Made by a program: the position numbers and the translations under genes
Shown here: piece by piece, positions 28,601-32,550 of the stretch
Position numbering within the stretch: the first letter of the stretch is position 1
How the letters are laid out: every line of letters begins with the position of its first letter
The notes under the pieces: model-generated
What the model was told of the DNA's origin: nothing
Seen by the model: only the letters and a program-made list of their open reading frames with translations
Databases searched by the model: none
DNA from: Verrucomicrobiales bacterium
Lineage (GTDB): Bacteria; Verrucomicrobiota; Verrucomicrobiia; Verrucomicrobiales; V1-33
Length of the DNA: 32,550 bases
Direction of reading: 5' to 3'
NCBI GenBank assembly: GCA_031411295.1
Contig: JANOAV010000209.1
Coordinates: 1-32,550 of the forward strand

Positions 28601-28961
28601 CCGCATCATGAAAATCGATCAAGCGGACTTTGTCGCCCGCGATACTCCCATCGCCTCGGGGATACTCCACATCCACCCCGTCCCGGAGCATCCGGTGGAA
28701 GGAGCGATTCGTCTGCACCAGCGATCCATTCCCCACGCGCAGCACTTTTCTCAATGCATCCTCCCGCGCCTCCTCGGGGATGGAAATATTCAGCCGCCGG
28801 ATGGCCTCACGCAGCCGCCCCACCAGCACCACCTCCCCAAACGACTCCCGCTCCGCCGCCGGTTCACCAGGCGCAAAATGCGGCCCGTGCCCGACCGCAT
28901 AGCCCAACTCCCCGAACCATTCCAGGGCGGCGTCTTCGACGATGGATTCGTTGAGGCTCAT
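25695..28961 (-). CDS. hsdR: Type I restriction-modification system endonuclease subunit R
   Basis: Nuclease PD...ELKN and QLQTY; SF2 motifs [28 protein letters not shown] and [11 protein letters not shown]3387-like C-terminus. Start at MSLNES. Confidence 0.96.
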   Translation of the reverse strand: MSLNESIVEDAALEWFGELGYAVGHGPHFAPGEPAAERESFGEVVLVGRLREAIRRLNISIPEEAREDALRKVLRVGNGSLVQTNRSFHRMLRDGVDVEYPRGDGSIAGDKVRLIDFHDAGSNDWLVVNQFTVIEGQHNRRPDIVVFLNGLPLGLIELKNAADEDADIWAAYWQLQTYKAEITSLLNYNAVLVVSDGMYARIGSVTANQEWFKVWRTIDGEGDAPKTALELETLARGVFDRQRFLDLLQHFIVFEEDPDSGALHKIIAGYHQFHAVNAAVEETVRASGMQPNVFGEETPGRHWSGKMHGGKPGDRRAGVVWHTQGSGKSFSMLFYAARVVRHPVMQNPTLVVLTDRNDLDDQLFGQFQRCADILGQTPVQAADRGHLRELLNRASGGVVFTTIHKFMPEKGDPTSPRLRGAGNMPELSARQNIVVIADEAHRSQYGFGGKVNPQTGEMSYGFASNLRDALPNASFIGFTGTPIEKTDANTRAVFGDYISIYDIQRAVADKATVPIYYESRISKLSLNAAEMPQIDAEFEEITEGEELTKKEKLKTKWAALEALVGDPKRIAMIAADLVNHFEKRVEAMEGKAMVVCMSRRICVDLYNALVKLRPEWAGTGDDDETVARLSKVENAADPDSTLESRATIVKVVMTGSADDGPEWQPHIRSKDKRRKLANRFKDSKDPFRIVIVRDMWLTGFDAPCLHTMYADKPMQGHGLMQAIARVNRVFRDKPGGLVVDYLGLADQLKKALVTYTESGGKGDPTFDTAQAIAVMLEKHGVACDIMHGFNWEKWTTGKPTERLALIPAGQEHILQQEDGKKRWLQVVAELSRAFALCASTDEATEIRDDVSFFQTLQAALNKQSSANRKTPEQIDAAIRQLVSKAITTEGAVIDVFTAAGLPKPDISILSEQFLAEVRGLKHKNVAAELLEKLLKDELKVRSKRNLVQSQVFSEKLKKTLNAYHNRAISTMHVIEELIKLGKDLDAATKRGEDLGLTDDEVAFYDALAVNESAVLAMGDDKLKFIAAELITQVRKSVTIDWTLRESARAKIKVIVKRILNRHGYPPDLQEEAVRTVLQQAELLCAEWV
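27021..27087. repeat. GTAG-REP inverted doublet inserted in frame in hsdR
   Basis: Perfect 25-bp inverted repeat CGTAGCTCGACTTTCCAAAGTCGAG / CTCGACTTTGGAAAGTCGAGCTACG with a 17-nt spacer. Confidence 0.85.
27697..27726. repeat. 30-nt palindromic mini-element inserted in frame in hsdR
   Basis: CCTGCCCCTCGTAGCCTTGGCGAAGTAGGG; removing it converts [15 protein letters not shown] to KGENM. Confidence 0.65.
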
Positions 28962-28992
28962 GGCGTGTGACGATAAGATTTTAGTGATTGAT

Positions 28993-30297
28993 TCATTTGC
29001 GGTGGTTTCTGAGCCAGAAAGGGTAAGGTTTGGGAGATGGCTGAGAACTCGGTGCCCCATAGCTCTGCTGCAGGACCACTGGAGCAGGAAAATCGGCCAT
29101 GGTAGGCGGCTGAGGAAACTTTCGCGTTTCAGGATAAGGCCCTCCAAAGGGAACCTCTGTTGGATCAAAGGCTCCGTCGATGGATGGCTGCGGATAGCCT
29201 ATTTCAAACGGTGATGAAGACATCGCCATTTCCCTCGCCCAGGACAGCCAGCTTTCCTGTTCATCCATCAATTTCCCTTCCTGTGCATTCCGCCAACGAC
29301 GCTCACACTCTGCAATGAAATCGACGACTGATTGATGCAGTCGCCACCATTCAGCCGCTTTTGCCAAATCATCTTTGCGATGCTGCTCGACCGATTTCAA
29401 CGACTCGGCGTGCTTTCGCTTCGCCTCCTCCTCTTTCCGGATGATTTCTTTCTCCTGATACTGCTTCCAGTGGATCTCGGCTTCCACCCGTTGCTTTTCA
29501 CGCTCGATCGCCTCGGCTGCACGACGCTTTTGGGCTTCAACAAAGTGCTCGCAGATGAACTTGGCCATATCCGCAAGAATCGTTTCCAACGGAGTCTTAT
29601 CGCCCTCTTTCCACTGGTGGGTTTTGGAGGGGCCATATCGCTCGGGTTGGAGGGTGAACACAAGTTTCCCGCTCGGCATCTTGTTTACCTCCGGGCGGGC
29701 ATAATAAGGTTTGCGACGACCATCCGCGGCAGGTTTTTCCGCAAGTTCTTCTTCGATCTTGAAGTAAAGGTAGTCATGGCCCTTTCGGAAATGACCTCCG
29801 TCATACGAGCTTAGGGATCGGCCAAACTTAATGCCACGCGGTTCCGTGATCTGAAGCAGTGAATGAAAGGCTTGAGCCGCCCGCAGGGCGATGGCTTTGC
29901 TCACATCCGCTTCGGGCAGGGACCGTTCGCGGATATGCACACGCTTTTTGTCGTAGCTAAGACTTGCTGATTTCAACGCCTTGAGAAACTCCGCGGCCAA
30001 GGGGTGCAGTGCCTCCGATTCTGCCGGCAACTCCAGCCTTCGACTCACGGGCCGTTGCGCTTCCCGGATAAACGCTTGTTCGGGCGACGGTGGCAGAGTG
30101 GGGCGCTTCGGACGTTGCCCTGCCTCCACCTTCGCCCAGTAGCCCCTCGGCGGCCGCGGCACGTTCAACTTGCGACAGCGTTTGGCGATGGCTACATCAG
30201 AAACTCCCAGTGCCTCCGACAGTTTGACTCCAGAGATAGCCCACACCTTTTCGTAAAGGGTCTCGCGGCTGAGTTTGCTGAGTTCGCTCTCGTTCAT
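28993..30297 (-). CDS. Hypothetical protein with an N-terminal HTH-like domain (LYEKVW...[26 protein letters not shown])
   Basis: 434-aa ORF with an ATGA overlap with rhuM; helical N-terminal domain and charged coiled coil near the C-terminus. Confidence 0.8.
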   Translation of the reverse strand: MNESELSKLSRETLYEKVWAISGVKLSEALGVSDVAIAKRCRKLNVPRPPRGYWAKVEAGQRPKRPTLPPSPEQAFIREAQRPVSRRLELPAESEALHPLAAEFLKALKSASLSYDKKRVHIRERSLPEADVSKAIALRAAQAFHSLLQITEPRGIKFGRSLSSYDGGHFRKGHDYLYFKIEEELAEKPAADGRRKPYYARPEVNKMPSGKLVFTLQPERYGPSKTHQWKEGDKTPLETILADMAKFICEHFVEAQKRRAAEAIEREKQRVEAEIHWKQYQEKEIIRKEEEAKRKHAESLKSVEQHRKDDLAKAAEWWRLHQSVVDFIAECERRWRNAQEGKLMDEQESWLSWAREMAMSSSPFEIGYPQPSIDGAFDPTEVPFGGPYPETRKFPQPPTMADFPAPVVLQQSYGAPSSQPSPKPYPFWLRNHRK

Positions 30298-31343
30298 GCT
30301 TTCGGCGGCTTGGGCTTCTTCGGGTTCGGTAGTTTCTTCAGCTCCTTTGCTGCCTTTTCAAACTCCGCATCGATCCGCTGCGGTTGAGCATCCAGAAGTG
30401 TGCGATACCGGGCATACTCCAGCTCGGCCTTGGCCTTGGCGGACTCGGCGGAAATCTTCCCCGCGTGATCCAGCAGCTTACGCCCGGAGATCCTCAGGAA
30501 CTCATCCAGCTTCGTGATCCAGTCCTGCATCGTCATCGCCTTACGCTCCAGTGCCTGGAGTTCCGCGTATTCGATGTAGAGGTTCACAATGCGATTGAGC
30601 ACTTGGAGTTCGTCCTCCGTGAGGTAGTTCTTGGCCACCGACACGTCGTCCTTTCGCACAATGCCACCGGGCCGCGTCGATTGCAGACCCATGAACGGCT
30701 GCGTCGCATCGGACCGCTCGTGGATCACCTCGGCGGCGGTGTGGCCGTGAGTGGCCCAGTGCATCTTGTTCTGCACCGCGGCAAAGAACCGGTGCGACTG
30801 CTCGGCGTCGGGCGTGTAGTCCACACTCGTCGCGTAAATATCGAGGACCTTCTGGTAAAACCGCCGCTCCGAGGACCGGATGTCGCGGATGCGCTCCAGC
30901 AACTCGTCGAAATAGTCCTTCTGCCCCTTGCCCGGCGGATTCTTGAGCCGCTCGTCGTCCATGGTGAAGCCCTTCACCAAATACTCGGTCAAGCGAGCCG
31001 TGGCCCACTGGCGGAACTGCGTGCCACGATGGCTGCGGACTCGGAAACCGACCGCCAAAATCGCCTCCAGCCGGTAGTGCCGGAGCTTTCGCGAGACCTC
31101 GCGCCCGCCTTCCAATCGAACTTGTAAGTAATCCTTACAAGTTGCCGCCTCGACTAGCTCGCCCTCCGCAAAAATGCCCTTCAAGTGGAGGGTCACGTTC
31201 TGCGGAGTTGTCTCGAACAGTTCGGCAATCTGGGCCTGCGTCAGCCACAGCGTCTCATTCTCAAACCGGCACTGCACGCGGGGGCGGCCGTCCTCCGTCT
31301 GGTAGAGGATGATTTCAGATTTGGGCAAAGGTTCGTCACTCAT
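30294..31343 (-). CDS. rhuM: Virulence RhuM family protein
   Basis: IILYQTEDG, ETLWLTQAQIAELF, AVGFRVRS.RGTQFR.WAT, KGFTMDDERLK, ERIRDIRSSERRFYQK and AKNYL motifs. Confidence 0.92.
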   Translation of the reverse strand: MSDEPLPKSEIILYQTEDGRPRVQCRFENETLWLTQAQIAELFETTPQNVTLHLKGIFAEGELVEAATCKDYLQVRLEGGREVSRKLRHYRLEAILAVGFRVRSHRGTQFRQWATARLTEYLVKGFTMDDERLKNPPGKGQKDYFDELLERIRDIRSSERRFYQKVLDIYATSVDYTPDAEQSHRFFAAVQNKMHWATHGHTAAEVIHERSDATQPFMGLQSTRPGGIVRKDDVSVAKNYLTEDELQVLNRIVNLYIEYAELQALERKAMTMQDWITKLDEFLRISGRKLLDHAGKISAESAKAKAELEYARYRTLLDAQPQRIDAEFEKAAKELKKLPNPKKPKPPKA

Positions 31344-31597
31344 GGGCTCAGTCTCATTTCGGTGTGTTTTGAACTGACAAGGGATTCCTTGTCGGTTGCG
31401 GAAGCCTCCTCAGGAAATGCCATCGTCAGCCGCCGGATGGCCTCGCGCAAGCGCCCCACCAGCACCACCTCAGAAAACGAATCCCGCTCCGCCGCCGGTT
31501 CACCGGGCGCGAGATGCGGCCCGTGCCCGATCGAATAGCCCAACTCCCCGAACCATTCCAGAGCAGCATCTTCGACGATGGATTCGTTGAGGCTCAT
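31340..31597 (-). pseudogene. Truncated copy of the hsdR 5' end (65 codons) with an unrelated 20-aa tail
   Basis: 56 of 65 aa identical to the N-terminus of HsdR at 28961; nucleotides 31404-31599 match 28768-28963 at about 88% (hand count 23 mismatches in 196). Confidence 0.85.
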
Positions 31598-32550
31598 GGT
31601 TTTTTCTTCCCCTCCAGCCGCTTGATTTCCTTGTCGAAATCCGAGAGGTATTCCGCGTCCTGCCGCTGGCGATAGACCTCGTATTCGCCTTCGGCTTTCA
31701 GCTTCGCCTCCAGCGCACTCACTTTACCTTTGTCTTGCAGGATCGGGTAGTCCGACAGTTCCAGAAAACTGTGCAGGAAACCCACCCAATCCTTCATCTT
31801 CATCAGCGTGCCGCGCAGCGCCCGGTTTTCCGCCAGATCGAGGTAGGCTGAAACGATGCGGTTCAGCTCCTGCACATGTGCCTCGTTCAGGTAGTTCTTC
31901 GCCACTGCCACATCGGACTTCAAAATCTTACCCTCCGGCGCGTGCTTCCACGTTGCCAGCCCCATGTGAATCTTGTCCGCATCCGCCGAGGTGTAGATCA
32001 GCTCCGCAGCCGTTTGGCCCGTGATCGCCCAGTGCAGCTTGTTCTGCACGGTAGCGAAAAACTCCTGCGTCACAGGCGCGTCGGCGCAGTAATCAATCGA
32101 GAGCGCGTAGATGTCCGTGATCTTTTGATAAAACCGCCGCTCGCTCGCTCGGATTTCGCGGATGCGCTCCAACAGCTCTTCAAAGTAATCCTTCCCGAAG
32201 GTCTGTTTCCCACGTTTCAGCCGCTCATCGTCCATCACGAAGCCCTTGATGATGAACTCGCGCAGCGTCTTCGTGGCCCAGATGCGAAACTGTGTGGCCT
32301 GATAGCTGTTCACCCGGTAGCCGACCGCGATAATGGCATCGAGGTTGTAGTATTTGGCAGAGTAGGTTTTCCCATCGGTGGCAGTATGTTCCAAAATGGA
32401 ACACACTGAATCCTCCGTCAGCTCACCGGTGCTGAAAATGTTTCCCAGGTGCTTCGTGATGGCGGGACGCTGCACCCCGAACAACTCTGCCAGCACCTTC
32501 TGCGTCAGCCACACCGTCTCGTCTTTCAGGAAGACTTCAATTTTCACCGC
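31594..32550 (-). CDS. rhuM: Second virulence RhuM family protein (5' end lies outside the window)
   Basis: ETVWLTQK, YNLDAIIAVGYRVNS.QATQFRIWAT, KGFVMDDERLK, ERIREIRASERRFYQK and AKNYL motifs. Confidence 0.92.
   Translation of the reverse strand, partial: AVKIEVFLKDETVWLTQKVLAELFGVQRPAITKHLGNIFSTGELTEDSVCSILEHTATDGKTYSAKYYNLDAIIAVGYRVNSYQATQFRIWATKTLREFIIKGFVMDDERLKRGKQTFGKDYFEELLERIREIRASERRFYQKITDIYALSIDYCADAPVTQEFFATVQNKLHWAITGQTAAELIYTSADADKIHMGLATWKHAPEGKILKSDVAVAKNYLNEAHVQELNRIVSAYLDLAENRALRGTLMKMKDWVGFLHSFLELSDYPILQDKGKVSALEAKLKAEGEYEVYRQRQDAEYLSDFDKEIKRLEGKKKP

Noticed and set aside
28962..29168. 69-aa N-terminal extension of HsdR in the ORF track
   Set aside because: It overlaps the upstream gene, and the duplicated stub begins at MSLNES, which supports the start at 28961.

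Overview
Bacterial chromosomal window of roughly 60% GC. It is probably from the PVC superphylum, most likely Verrucomicrobiota; this is inferred from the PEP-CTERM protein, two sulfatases, the ExbB/ExbD/TPR cluster and a GxxExxY-like protein. Positions 1-25.4 kb are housekeeping and envelope genes: exbB-exbD-TPR, mtnA, two hypotheticals, an RRM protein, a membrane protein, gnd, a PEP-CTERM protein, an EamA transporter, two sulfatases, a degenerate GxxExxY protein, an MDR oxidoreductase-nupC pair, a coiled-coil/TPR protein, PBP2, DoxX and a SAM methyltransferase. Positions 25.7 kb to the end are the distal part of a type I restriction-modification locus on the minus strand: rhuM(partial) - truncated hsdR 5' copy - rhuM - hypothetical - hsdR. 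Main observations: (1) both RhuM genes carry a 25-bp palindrome at the same codon position with different arm sequences, and a third palindrome of the same design lies at the hsdR-fragment breakpoint just upstream of rhuM; (2) a diverged 196-bp hsdR 5' direct repeat brackets a two-gene cassette; (3) hsdR contains two in-frame palindromic insertions (a GTAG-REP doublet and a 30-nt element); (4) a Trp-containing leader peptide with full attenuator architecture precedes the EamA transporter; (5) several REP/REPIN-like families occupy intergenic spaces. All calls were made by eye; no database search was run.
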